From the NCBI GenBank assembly GCA_963707865.1, contig OY970175.1:396305-460304 (forward strand): 64,000 nt of DNA, read 5' to 3'. Numbering within the stretch: position 1 is the first letter of the stretch; every line of letters starts with the position of its first letter. Below the pieces are notes generated by a model. The model did no database searches. It was given only the letters and a program-made list of their open reading frames with translations, and had not been told where the DNA came from. Both the position numbers and the translations under genes were made by a program. The DNA is from an uncultured bacterium. Lineage in GTDB: Bacteria; Patescibacteriota; Minisyncoccia; UBA6257; 2-01-FULL-56-20. Shown here in pieces: positions 9,324 to 19,287 of this stretch.

Positions 9324-10247
9324 ATGATAACGATGAATACCACATCGATTACATCCATCACCGAAGGACAGAAAGAACTTTATGAACGCGTCGTCCGCGA
9401 TGCCGCGAAACACGGCACCGCGCTTGCGCTCCAGAAGACCGGCGCTGACCAGATCGGCTGGCAACGCGTCATTGAAAACGGTGACGACCTCCGCGAAGCA
9501 ATCGCGGCGACCATCGTGGCCAGAACAAGGGAACTCTCGCTTTCCAACCAGTTTGCAAACGAGGAAGTGAAATCCACCTACGGCTATCCCAGCGGCTACG
9601 CGCCGAAGCCGATCGAAGCGCAGGTTGCTATCCTGCGCGAGATCTGGCCGAAGCTCAACATCGGCGGCTGGGTCGCGCAGTTTGAACGCGCGGTCGCTCC
9701 CGGCGCCGAAGCACATTTCGTGATCGTCCGCTGGCAAGCGCTCGCGCCGTCCTACGGCGAGGGGTTGGAGAAGGAGCTGTTCCCCGCGCTTCGCGCGCAA
9801 CGGAACGGCACTTTCTACAACTACCGCAATGGCGAACTCGGCCCCGAGCAGCTGCGGCAGCACGAACGCACCATTCGCATGTTCGCGAAGTTCGATGCCG
9901 ACCAGCCTGGCGATGTACTCATTGTCTCGGCCCAGCTCGGCCTCCGTCACCGCGGACGTTCGACACGTCGGGCACATGAGGTGTTCGTCGTAAACGAGTT
10001 TGGTCTCGGCGCATTTCATGTCGGCTGCATCCTGCTGACTCACCCCGAGCGGGAAGTCCAATGGGAACAGCTCCATATGGATTGCCCCGGCGACGAATTC
10101 AGTCCGAGGGCGGATGGCCAGTTCTCGCACGCGCCGTACTTCGGCTTCGGCGACGTCAGGCTCAAGTTCAACGCCCACGGCGTGGGCTATGCTGGCGGGT
10201 ACTGTGGCTCCGCGTCCGCGCTGCTTCCGCAGTATCTGCAACCTTGA
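9324..10247 (+). CDS. DGR target protein with C-terminal variable region
   Basis: 3' end matches TR except at adenines; ends GSASALLPQYLQP; no signal peptide seen. Confidence 0.9.
   Translation: MITMNTTSITSITEGQKELYERVVRDAAKHGTALALQKTGADQIGWQRVIENGDDLREAIAATIVARTRELSLSNQFANEEVKSTYGYPSGYAPKPIEAQVAILREIWPKLNIGGWVAQFERAVAPGAEAHFVIVRWQALAPSYGEGLEKELFPALRAQRNGTFYNYRNGELGPEQLRQHERTIRMFAKFDADQPGDVLIVSAQLGLRHRGRSTRRAHEVFVVNEFGLGAFHVGCILLTHPEREVQWEQLHMDCPGDEFSPRADGQFSHAPYFGFGDVRLKFNAHGVGYAGGYCGSASALLPQYLQP
10103..10233 (+). repeat. DGR variable repeat (VR)
   Basis: 131 bp ungapped match to 10716-10846; 18 mismatches, all opposite TR adenines. Confidence 0.95.
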
Positions 10248-10380
10248 ACGCTTGGATGCTTGGGACTTTTTATTCCCTTATCTTCTTGATCCCTTGCATT
10301 CGCGCAAGTTTTTTTCCAGGGGCTTCCGCACATTCATCATTCATCGCGGCGGCCCCTTTCTCTTTATATATTTAATGATG

Positions 10381-10409
10381 TTCACGATCCGTGATTTTTC
10401 TGCTATTCT
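10381..10409 (+). promoter_or_regulatory. Probable promoter for the TR RNA
   Basis: TTCACG-N17-TATTCT with extended TG; TCACG-atc-CGTGA dyad over the -35. Confidence 0.5.
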
Positions 10410-10715
10410 TCTTTCGGGTCTAGGCCAATGCGCGGCCGTTCCGGTTCATGGCACTTGCCAACGGGATCGCCGTCGCCGAACCCTCTCTTCATAGAGAAGC
10501 AGCCAGAGTCCGGGCGATCATAATGGTTTCCCGGAGCGTGCCGCATTGGGGAGATACTGCTTGCTTTTGCCTAGTGCGGGTGTCCTGCGGAAGCGCGGGA
10601 CTGCCGCCGGATGAAATTCAGGGACCAGAGGATATACTTGGCTCCTTTTGAGCGGAAAACCTCAAGTCCCGGTGCTCAGAGATAGTTGCCCGTTGTGGAT
10701 GGGCGGAAGCAATAT

Positions 10716-10846
10716 TCCGAAGGCGGATGGCCAGTTCTCGAACGCGCCGTACTTCAACTTCAACGACGACAAGCTCAAGTTCAACACCAACGACGTGGGC
10801 AATGCTAACGAGAACTATGGCTCCGCGTCCGCGCTGCTTCCGAAGT
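10716..10846 (+). repeat. DGR template repeat (TR)
   Basis: AAC/AAT-rich copy of VR, lying between the target gene and avd/RT. Confidence 0.95.
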
Positions 10847-10858
10847 CGCTTCCCAAGA

Positions 10859-10888
10859 GCAATGCCCCGACCTCGGTCGGGGCATTGC
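10859..10888. terminator. Perfect GC-rich hairpin between TR and the avd stop
   Basis: GCAATGCCCCGACC-TC-GGTCGGGGCATTGC. Confidence 0.6.
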
Positions 10889-10889
10889 G

Positions 10890-11237
10890 TTACTGCTTCA
10901 CTGAACGGATCCATCCGCCGAGCATCCGACCAACCTCGTCAATCGGCTCCTGAAACGCGAGGTATTTCTTCTGGTCGATGCCATCCGTCTCACGCATGAG
11001 CCGAATGAAGATACGGAGGAAATTCAGCTTCACGCTTGTTTTCTCCAACACGGAAAGCTTTGTTGCCTTCGGCATCTGGCTCGCTGCCATGATACCCTCG
11101 AGGATGTCTAGGATCATGCCGTCGCACCGCTGCCAAATCGTATAGCGATCCTGCTTCGAAATGAGATTGCGGTAGCTATAAAAGAGCTTGTAGAGATCGC
11201 ACGTCTTCTTGAAAATCGGGATGTCAAAATCGTCCAT
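10890..11237 (-). CDS. avd: DGR accessory variability determinant (Avd/four-helix bundle)
   Basis: IPIFKKTCDL, KQDRYTI and EVGRMLGGW motifs; lies between TR and RT. Confidence 0.85.
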   Translation of the reverse strand: MDDFDIPIFKKTCDLYKLFYSYRNLISKQDRYTIWQRCDGMILDILEGIMAASQMPKATKLSVLEKTSVKLNFLRIFIRLMRETDGIDQKKYLAFQEPIDEVGRMLGGWIRSVKQ

Positions 11238-11249
11238 AGTATTTTATCC

Positions 11250-12324
<1,075 letters not shown>

Positions 12325-12461
12325 TAGCCATATGACTCTCCACAAAAAATTTGGATAGTATAGACTGGACTTTCATGAGCTTTTGTCGCCTCGTAGCGGT
12401 CTCTGAGTTATCAACTTGACCACTCTGGACGCCCAAGCGGGGTTGCGTCATCCCTTGTGGT

Positions 12462-13811
12462 ATGACTACCCAAACCATGGGGGCCAAGGGGACGGGAGCC
12501 CCCACAACAATCCCGTCCGAGGTAAAGGTCAAATACTGTCTGTATGCGAGAAAAAGCACGGAATCGGAAGAGCAGCAGGTGCTTTCCATTGATTCGCAGA
12601 TCAACGAGATGACGAAGATCGCGGAACGGGACGGGCTGGAGATTGTGGAGATTAGGAGGGAAAGCCACTCGGCGAAGGCGGTCGGCCAGCGGGAGATTTT
12701 CAACGGTCTCCTCGCGGACATCAAGGCCGGCAAGTTTAACGGGATCCTCACCTGGGCGCCGGACCGGTTGAGTAGGAACGCGGGTGACCTCGGCAATCTT
12801 GTGGATCTCATGGACCAGAAACACCTCATTGAAATCAGGACTTACAGCCAGAAGTTCACGAATTCGCCGAACGAGAAATTCATGCTGATGATCCTCTGCT
12901 CCCATGCAAAACTGGAGAACGACAACAAATCGGAGAACGTGAAGCGGGGCATGCGGGCGCGGTGCGAGATGGGCCTGCGGCCCACGGTCGCCCCCACGGG
13001 ATACCTGAATGAGAAGCGGACGGATCGGCCGTGCCAAGTAATCGTGGATCCCGTGCGGGCTCCGATCATAAGAAAGATATTTGAGAAAGTGGCGCACGAC
13101 CAATGGTCGGGACGGAAGCTCTACCATTGGCTCAAAGACGAGGTGAAATTCACGACGCCGTACGGGAAGCCGCTCGCGTTGAGCAACATCTATCTGATCC
13201 TCAAGAATACCTACTACTACGGCGTGTTTGAATACCCTTCCGGCAGCGGCAACTGGTATACGGGGACCCATACACCCATTATCACGAAGGAACTCTACGA
13301 TGCTGTGCAGGAGCAGCTCACGCGGAGCGAGATCACGAGAGAGAACAGAGAGTTCGCCTTCACAAAGCTCATCACCTGCGGCCTCTGCGGTTCGGGCGTC
13401 TCCGCTGGCGAGAAATGGAAGCACTTCAAGAACGGTACGAGCGCCCGATACGTCTACTACGGCTGCACAAAGTCGCGGGACAAGGAATGCCCCTGCGGGT
13501 ATATCACAGAGGAAGCCATCGTGCAGCAGATCATTGGCATTATTGATACCTTGGATATCAGCGAGCTGGGCATCAGGCACAAGTTCAAGGATGAGATCAT
13601 GCGGTACAACAAGTTCCGGAAGATTGCCTTGAAGGGCGCAGCGAAAGAAGCGGCCCAGGAGGATTTTGACCTCAAGGCCTATGCGATCTATCTCTTGACG
13701 GAGGGGTCCATCAGTGAGAAGCGGGAGCTTCTGGGCAACCTGAGGAGTCGGTTGATCCTCAAGAACAAGGTGCTGACCCTGCAAGAGGAACCGAAAGAAA
13801 AAACAGAATAG
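12462..13811 (+). CDS. Large serine recombinase (integrase)
   Basis: YARKST catalytic Ser, DRLSRN, recombinase domain and zinc ribbon CGLCG...YYGC...C. Confidence 0.92.
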   Translation: MTTQTMGAKGTGAPTTIPSEVKVKYCLYARKSTESEEQQVLSIDSQINEMTKIAERDGLEIVEIRRESHSAKAVGQREIFNGLLADIKAGKFNGILTWAPDRLSRNAGDLGNLVDLMDQKHLIEIRTYSQKFTNSPNEKFMLMILCSHAKLENDNKSENVKRGMRARCEMGLRPTVAPTGYLNEKRTDRPCQVIVDPVRAPIIRKIFEKVAHDQWSGRKLYHWLKDEVKFTTPYGKPLALSNIYLILKNTYYYGVFEYPSGSGNWYTGTHTPIITKELYDAVQEQLTRSEITRENREFAFTKLITCGLCGSGVSAGEKWKHFKNGTSARYVYYGCTKSRDKECPCGYITEEAIVQQIIGIIDTLDISELGIRHKFKDEIMRYNKFRKIALKGAAKEAAQEDFDLKAYAIYLLTEGSISEKRELLGNLRSRLILKNKVLTLQEEPKEKTE

Positions 13812-13815
13812 TTTA

Positions 13816-13859
13816 CACGAAAGCAATACCGCGGAAACATCCGCGGTATTGCTTTCGTG
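13816..13859. terminator. 20-bp perfect inverted repeat after the recombinase
   Basis: CACGAAAGCAATACCGCGGA-AACA-TCCGCGGTATTGCTTTCGTG. Confidence 0.7.
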
Positions 13860-13927
13860 CGGGTACCGTCGGCACCTCGGTCGCGCAAACAGGGCAGCCA
13901 GCTCTGTCCCTTGATAAAAAATATACT

Positions 13928-14005
13928 TGGTACCGCCATCGGGATTTGAACCCGAGTTTTCGCCGTGAGAGGGCGACGTCCTAGGCCGGGCTAGACGATG
14001 ACGGC
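13928..14005 (-). tRNA. tRNA-Glu(CUC); probable integration site
   Basis: Cloverleaf, anticodon loop CTCTCAC, GGTTCAAATCC and encoded CCA. Confidence 0.95.
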
Positions 14006-14042
14006 ATTTACCCTGCAATCTTAGCGAAATCCGCTCCGAAAA

Positions 14043-15638
14043 TCAAAGCCGGTCCGGCGGAATATTCTCGTAATTGATGATGTACCGTGACAGTTCCTTG
14101 AATGCCGGCACGACGCTCTGTGCCGCAAGCGCGGTCGCCGGCAACGTGTTCAACCGTATGAGGGCGATGAAACGCGGGTTGGAGGTCGGCCCGAATCCCA
14201 CATATGAATCAATAAGATAGTTGGTATACCCTCCGTGCACGAGGTCGGGAATAAAGGCACTCCCCGTTTTCCCTGCCAGGGAATAACCGTTGATGTTTGC
14301 GACCTGCGCCAAGTCCACTGCGTCCACCATCATCCGGGTCACTTGCGCCGCGGTGCTCGTACTTACCACCCTTCCCTGCGACTCAGGCGAGAGCGCTGCG
14401 TTCAGGTAGGGCCGCATCATGAGGCCGCCGTTCGCGATCGCCGCAATCGCACTTACGAGCGCTATTGGCGTTACCGCCACGCCCTGACCGTATGCCGCCG
14501 TATCAAACGCGACCTGCCGCGATTTCGGATTAAGCTCGCTCAAATTCCCCGCCACTTCTCCCGGCAGGTCAATCCCCGTCTTTTGATCCAGGCGGAATTT
14601 TTTCATGTAGCTTGTAAAAATGTCGTTGCCCGTCTGGTTTTCAGCAAAGATCGCACCGGTGTTGATGGAATGCTCAATCACCTCGGTTATGGTGGTGCCC
14701 GGACCGTACGGCCCGTGCGTCAGAAGATCGTAGTTCGTGATGTGGGCGCTATTCACGTTCACGTATCCTTTGTCGTCGTACGTGGTGCTCGGCGTGATCT
14801 TCCCCGCATCAATCCCCGCTGCCATCGTAAGCACCTTGAAGATAGATCCCGGCTCATATACCGCCTGGATGTTCGGATTCAAGAAATTCGCAATGGGCGA
14901 AGCACTGTAGTCGTTCGGATCAAAATTCGGATCACCGGCCATCGCGAGAACTTTCCCCGTCCGGGGCTCTTCCACAATGATACTGCCGCCCGTGGCACTG
15001 TTCTGTGTTACAAGGTCATCCAACACTTTTTCAGCCTCAATCTGAATGTTCGGGTCAATCGTCAAATTGATGTCGGTAGCATCCGCGAGCGTGCTCTCGT
15101 AAAATCCCTCAATGCCGTAATGGCCGCTCTCGCCGTTGTTTGTCGCATTCGGACCCACGTACCCCAAGGCCTGCGACGCCACGGTCCCCAGAGGATAATA
15201 GCGATCAGGTTCAAAATCGGCGTATACTCCTTTGAGGTTCAGATCGGTAATCTTCTGCGCCACTAAGGAATCCGCCTTGTGTACCAAAAGCTCAAATTGG
15301 TCGTTCGGTTTTGAAAAAAGCTTTTGGAGCGTAGCTACGGACATGCCGAGAATTGGCGCCGCCATGTTCGCTGCCTCTTCGGCGTCCGCGATTGCCGCAG
15401 GAACCGCGTAGATCCTTGGGAATTCCCGCTCAATAGCCGCCGGCAACAGCGTGCCAGTGTCGTCCGTAAAATAAATGGATCCGCGGCTGCCACTTGTGCC
15501 CTGCGCTGTTGCTATCTCGGCCTGCGCCTTAGCGAAATAATAATCTCCTTTTGTAATTTGCAGCTCATAGAGATGGAATCCCAGCAAAAAATACGCCGCT
15601 ACGAGCACTACAATGATTATTGCGAAGCGATAGGCCAT
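14043..15638 (-). CDS. ftsI: Class B PBP / FtsI-like transpeptidase
   Basis: EPGSIFK, SIN and KTG motifs; follows mraZ-rsmH-ftsL. Confidence 0.85.
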   Translation of the reverse strand: MAYRFAIIIVVLVAAYFLLGFHLYELQITKGDYYFAKAQAEIATAQGTSGSRGSIYFTDDTGTLLPAAIEREFPRIYAVPAAIADAEEAANMAAPILGMSVATLQKLFSKPNDQFELLVHKADSLVAQKITDLNLKGVYADFEPDRYYPLGTVASQALGYVGPNATNNGESGHYGIEGFYESTLADATDINLTIDPNIQIEAEKVLDDLVTQNSATGGSIIVEEPRTGKVLAMAGDPNFDPNDYSASPIANFLNPNIQAVYEPGSIFKVLTMAAGIDAGKITPSTTYDDKGYVNVNSAHITNYDLLTHGPYGPGTTITEVIEHSINTGAIFAENQTGNDIFTSYMKKFRLDQKTGIDLPGEVAGNLSELNPKSRQVAFDTAAYGQGVAVTPIALVSAIAAIANGGLMMRPYLNAALSPESQGRVVSTSTAAQVTRMMVDAVDLAQVANINGYSLAGKTGSAFIPDLVHGGYTNYLIDSYVGFGPTSNPRFIALIRLNTLPATALAAQSVVPAFKELSRYIINYENIPPDRL

Positions 15639-15931
15639 TGCTGATTGGCTCTCACATATTGCGGTTTTTGTTCTTGCACAAGTCCGTCCTTTGCCGCGAG
15701 CGCCGCCGCATCGTCGCTGCCCAATAGCCCTATAATCGTATTATTCAAATTGGTATTTGCCGCGCCCGTCGCGTCAAGCTGCGCCTTCGCCGTCGCGATG
15801 CCGTGGTCAAGGTTTACCGTGGCGTTATAGAGCACTACCATCCCGAACACTTCCATAGCAAGCACAACGCCGAACACCACAAGTATGGCATTCACAATGT
15901 GTCTTTTTTTGTTGGGTTGGATAAACGTCAT
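15617..15931 (-). CDS. FtsL-like protein
   Basis: TM plus coiled coil, between rsmH and ftsI. Confidence 0.6.
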   Translation of the reverse strand: MTFIQPNKKRHIVNAILVVFGVVLAMEVFGMVVLYNATVNLDHGIATAKAQLDATGAANTNLNNTIIGLLGSDDAAALAAKDGLVQEQKPQYVRANQQWPIASQ

Positions 15932-15933
15932 GG

Positions 15934-16818
15934 TTATTGCACGCGGGCTGCCCGCAATTTCGCTGAACGACTCCGCGGATTTTGCATTACTTCCTCCCGC
16001 GACGCCGCGAGCGGCTTTTTAGTCAAAATTTCCATTTTTTGCTCTCTCGCCAAACCTTGGAACGATTGCTTCACAATGCGATCCTCAAGCGAATGGAACG
16101 TAACGATCACAACGCGCCCGCCCGGTTTTAAAATCTCCGTCAAATGGTGCAGCACGCTTTGCAGATTGCCGAGCTCATCGTTCGCCACGATCCGCATTGC
16201 CTGGAACGTTCTCGTCGCAGGATCAATCCGCCCACGCTCGTAATGCTTTGGCACTGCGCTCCGGACTATCCCTGCAAGCTCCCCGCTGGTTGCAATCGGA
16301 TTTTTCCGTCCATGTTCCTTGATCGCCCTTGCAATCCTCCGAGAAAATCGTTCACCGCCGAATTCAAAAATAATGTTCGCGAGTTCTTCTTCACGGAGCC
16401 CCCGGAGAATTTCCGAAACCGGCGGCCGCGTGTCGTCGTAGGTCATGATGAGCGGTTCGCCCTGGGCATCTTCGCCAAAACTGAATCCCCTTCCCGAGCG
16501 TGCAAGTTGCTCCGAAGAAAATCCGAGGTCCAAGAACAACCCGTCTGCCTTGCCCAACTTTTCTCTCTCAAGGATTGCGGGCAGATCTGCATAATTCCCC
16601 CGCACATATCGTTCACGCCTGCCATAGGTACGATGGGCTTCGCGCGCCTCAATCATTTCCCTGTCCCAGTCCACGCCGAGAAACATCCCGCCGGGCATGA
16701 TTTTCTTCACAATCGCCTCGGCATGCCCTCCGCCATCCACCGTGCCGTCGATCAGGAAATCGCCGGGCTTGGGATCAATATATTGAAGGACTTCTTTTAA
16801 AAGAACGGGGACGTGCAT
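15934..16818 (-). CDS. rsmH: 16S rRNA m4C1402 methyltransferase
   Basis: MHVPVLL, DLGFSSEQL, FHSLEDRIVK, NPRSRSAKLR. Confidence 0.97.
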   Translation of the reverse strand: MHVPVLLKEVLQYIDPKPGDFLIDGTVDGGGHAEAIVKKIMPGGMFLGVDWDREMIEAREAHRTYGRRERYVRGNYADLPAILEREKLGKADGLFLDLGFSSEQLARSGRGFSFGEDAQGEPLIMTYDDTRPPVSEILRGLREEELANIIFEFGGERFSRRIARAIKEHGRKNPIATSGELAGIVRSAVPKHYERGRIDPATRTFQAMRIVANDELGNLQSVLHHLTEILKPGGRVVIVTFHSLEDRIVKQSFQGLAREQKMEILTKKPLAASREEVMQNPRSRSAKLRAARVQ

Positions 16819-16877
16819 GGAAATTTCTAATTGACCTAATGACTAATCTCTAAATCCCAATTGGACATTAGAAATTT

Positions 16878-17309
16878 CTAAATGCCCAGCTCGCCCAATT
16901 TTTCCGCGATCTCTTCCGAAGAACTTTCCGTTTTTGTTTTGTAGGACTGCCACGCGGCTTCATCCCAAATCTCAATGCGATTATAAAGCCCCGCAATGAC
17001 CACTTCTTTCTTGAGGGCGGCGTACTTGCGAAGATAGTCGGGGATCAGAATCCTCCCTTGGTTGTCTATCTCCACGTCCGAAGCACCTGCAAGCATGAGC
17101 CGCACGAATGCGCGTGAGTTCGCTTGAGCAAGCGGCAACGCAATGAGCTTTTTTGCGAGCACTTCCCACTCGGCGTTCGCGAACACAAAAAGACAATTGT
17201 CAATTCCGCGCGTGATGATAGCTCCGGCCGATAATTTGTCGCGGAATTTTGCCGGAATCGCCACCCGACCTTTGATGTCCAAATTGTGTTGGTATTCTCC
17301 GAGAAGCAT
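16878..17309 (-). CDS. mraZ: Transcriptional regulator MraZ
   Basis: MLLGEYQHNLDIKGRVAIP, DNQGRILIP. Confidence 0.97.
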   Translation of the reverse strand: MLLGEYQHNLDIKGRVAIPAKFRDKLSAGAIITRGIDNCLFVFANAEWEVLAKKLIALPLAQANSRAFVRLMLAGASDVEIDNQGRILIPDYLRKYAALKKEVVIAGLYNRIEIWDEAAWQSYKTKTESSSEEIAEKLGELGI

Positions 17310-17357
17310 GGTTTTATAAGGTGTCATTCCGAGTTCTGCACAGAAAGTGGCATTTAT

Positions 17358-17420
17358 CCCCAGAATTATCCACAACTCACCACTTTTGTTTAACTATAAA
17401 CCACCTTATCTTACTGTCAA
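17358..17420 (-). promoter_or_regulatory. mraZ promoter and MraZ boxes
   Basis: TTGACA-N16-TATAGT followed by GTGG-like repeats at 10-bp spacing. Confidence 0.65.
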
Positions 17421-17482
17421 AAAATGGACTTCGTTAAAGCAAAGCCCAAAAAGGTATTATATTTCCTATGTTTTGTCTCGCC

Positions 17483-18088
17483 CTATCCGGAAGATATACA
17501 CAATTTATCCGAAACTCGTTTCAAAAGTTTTTGATAGTATGCTTTGTTTTTTGAACCGGTGCGTACCTTGATCGCTTTCATACCAACTTTCTTTGCCTCT
17601 TTCAATGCTTCGTCTGAATCTTCAACAAGAAGCGCGCGATCCCCGTATTTCTCATAAAAAAACTTTATGTCTTCATGCTTTCCCCGACTCCTGGTGAAAA
17701 TGATGCGCTTGAAAAATGGCTTCAACTTGGATTGATCCAATTTTAAAAGCTGGTGCCCGCGGTGGCCGTGGGTAAAAAGAATAAGCTCGCAACTTTCCGA
17801 CAAGCGCCGAAGAAACATTTCAACGCCGGGAAAATTATATTTCCTCGGCACAAGATAAAAAGCATCTGCCTTCGTGATAGCCTCCATCCTCTGCTTCGGA
17901 TCGGTGATCAAATATTCAAAATATTTTTGGGGAGCGATCCCCTTTCGGCTCATAACCGCATATATTCGTTTCGCCATCGTCCGGGAAACACCGAACTCTT
18001 GGGCGAGTCCGAGACGCCCAGCCTTTATCTTGTCGGTGTCAATCAGAACGCGATCAAAGTCAAAAAGTATGATTTTCCGCTTTTTCAT
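17483..18088 (-). CDS. HAD-family hydrolase
   Basis: LFDFDRVL motif I and LLVEDS motif IV. Confidence 0.8.
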   Translation of the reverse strand: MKKRKIILFDFDRVLIDTDKIKAGRLGLAQEFGVSRTMAKRIYAVMSRKGIAPQKYFEYLITDPKQRMEAITKADAFYLVPRKYNFPGVEMFLRRLSESCELILFTHGHRGHQLLKLDQSKLKPFFKRIIFTRSRGKHEDIKFFYEKYGDRALLVEDSDEALKEAKKVGMKAIKVRTGSKNKAYYQKLLKRVSDKLCISSG

Positions 18089-18091
18089 TAG

Positions 18092-18163
18092 TGCGTCTTG
18101 TAGGGATCGGACCTACGACCTTCCCGATGTGAACGGGACGCTCTGCCACTGAGCTAAAGACGC
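18092..18163 (-). tRNA. tRNA-Val(CAC)
   Basis: Cloverleaf, anticodon loop TTCACAT; T-loop TCCGATC; no encoded CCA. Confidence 0.88.
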
Positions 18164-18195
18164 AAGACGCCGTTCTCACGGCATCTTTTATTATA

Positions 18196-18561
18196 CTACT
18201 GGATTTCCACCGTTGCGCCTGCGGCTTCAAGCTTCTTCTTGATCTCCTCCGCCTCCTCTTTTTTCACGTTTTCCCTTACCGTCTTCGGCGCACCTTCCAC
18301 GAGATCCTTCGCCTCCTTAAGGCCCAACGTCGTCACTTCGCGGACCGCCTTAATAGCGTTCAACTTGTTCGCGCCGCCCGCCTTGAGGATCACATTGAAG
18401 CTGGTCTTCTCCTCCACGGCGGCCGCACCGGCCCCCGCGCCCGCCGCAACCGGCATCGCCGCCGAGATGCCGAACTTTTCCTCAAGCTTCTTCACGAGCT
18501 CCGCGAGCTCCACCACGGTGAGCGACTCTATTTTTGAAATCAACTCGTCAAAATTTGCCAT
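18196..18561 (-). CDS. rplL: 50S ribosomal protein L7/L12
   Basis: [21 protein letters not shown]. Confidence 0.98.
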   Translation of the reverse strand: MANFDELISKIESLTVVELAELVKKLEEKFGISAAMPVAAGAGAGAAAVEEKTSFNVILKAGGANKLNAIKAVREVTTLGLKEAKDLVEGAPKTVRENVKKEEAEEIKKKLEAAGATVEIQ

Positions 18562-18579
18562 AAAATTATTTCGCTTGCG

Positions 18580-19101
18580 TTAGCTCGACCTTTTTGCTTT
18601 CTGATCCAGGAGATACATGAATGATCTGATTGGAGACGCGAGCATACCAAAAAGCTGTGCAAGGAGCACTTCGCGCGGAGGCAGCTTGCCGATCGAAACC
18701 ACCTGCGCCGCATCTACGGGAAGATTGCCTGTGACGTCATAGCCGCCGAGCACATGCTTAACCCATATTTGTTTATCCCCTCCTTCCGGAATTTCAAGCC
18801 CTGAAAAAAACCTAAACGCCGGTCCCGCAACCATATCAATTCCTTTTTCGGAAAAAATGGTCCCTACAGAGATTTTAAATTGCTTCAAATCAATATCCAT
18901 CCCCCGCTCTTTCAAAAGCAAGGCAAGGAGCCGCTTCTTGATCACGAGAAAACTCGCGTCAATTTTCTTGAGTTCAGCACGGAATTTGCGCACGTCTTCC
19001 GCGGTGATCTTTGTGAAATCAGCAAAGATGAGCGCCCTACTCTTCAGAAGCAGCGTTTTTGCTTTTTTTAATTCTTCGGTTTTTTGCACTTTTGTTTTCA
19101 T
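18580..19101 (-). CDS. rplJ: 50S ribosomal protein L10
   Basis: LPPREVLLAQLFGMLASP; upstream of rplL. Confidence 0.92.
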   Translation of the reverse strand: MKTKVQKTEELKKAKTLLLKSRALIFADFTKITAEDVRKFRAELKKIDASFLVIKKRLLALLLKERGMDIDLKQFKISVGTIFSEKGIDMVAGPAFRFFSGLEIPEGGDKQIWVKHVLGGYDVTGNLPVDAAQVVSIGKLPPREVLLAQLFGMLASPIRSFMYLLDQKAKRSS

Positions 19102-19109
19102 GGCGTTGT

Positions 19110-19250
19110 AAAAACAAAAAAAGGCTTTCCAAAGCCGTACTCAGATTGCGTGAAAATGCCTATTTTAGAGCGCTTTCACACATTCCTCGGCAGGCCTTAT
19201 TCCCTTTTCTGCACTAACGTGCGCGGGATGCCTGTGGTCTTTGGAAGTAC
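19110..19250 (-). promoter_or_regulatory. L10 leader-like autoregulatory RNA
   Basis: AAGACCACAGGC...AATAAGGCCTGCCGAGG resembles the L10 leader core, followed by a hairpin and U-tract. Confidence 0.6.
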
Positions 19251-19287
19251 TTTCAGTATAATGCGCCCGCCAAGTTTGTCAACCCGC

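Noticed and set aside
10648-10953. 101-aa ORF resembling the target C-terminus
   Set aside because: It is the TR read in frame; it has a TTG start and overlaps avd, so it is better explained as non-coding template.
13861-13870. GGGTACCGTC as a duplicated tRNA-Glu att core
   Set aside because: Only about 7 bp match the tRNA 3' end; the true partner site should lie left of the window.
12411-14018. 535-aa minus-strand ORF and other long antisense ORFs (1653-2603, 9270-10241, 27187-28158, 43050-44297, 51900-52952)
   Set aside because: These are shadows of well-supported genes in GC-rich DNA, with no recognisable motifs.
16821-16877. Short CTAAT-type tandem repeats and an inverted repeat between rsmH and mraZ
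   Set aside because: Short and low complexity, with no function I can support.
18092-18163. tRNA-Val with T-loop TCCGATC and no CCA as a pseudo-tRNA
   Set aside because: All stems pair; one loop deviation and a missing encoded CCA are not enough to call it defective.
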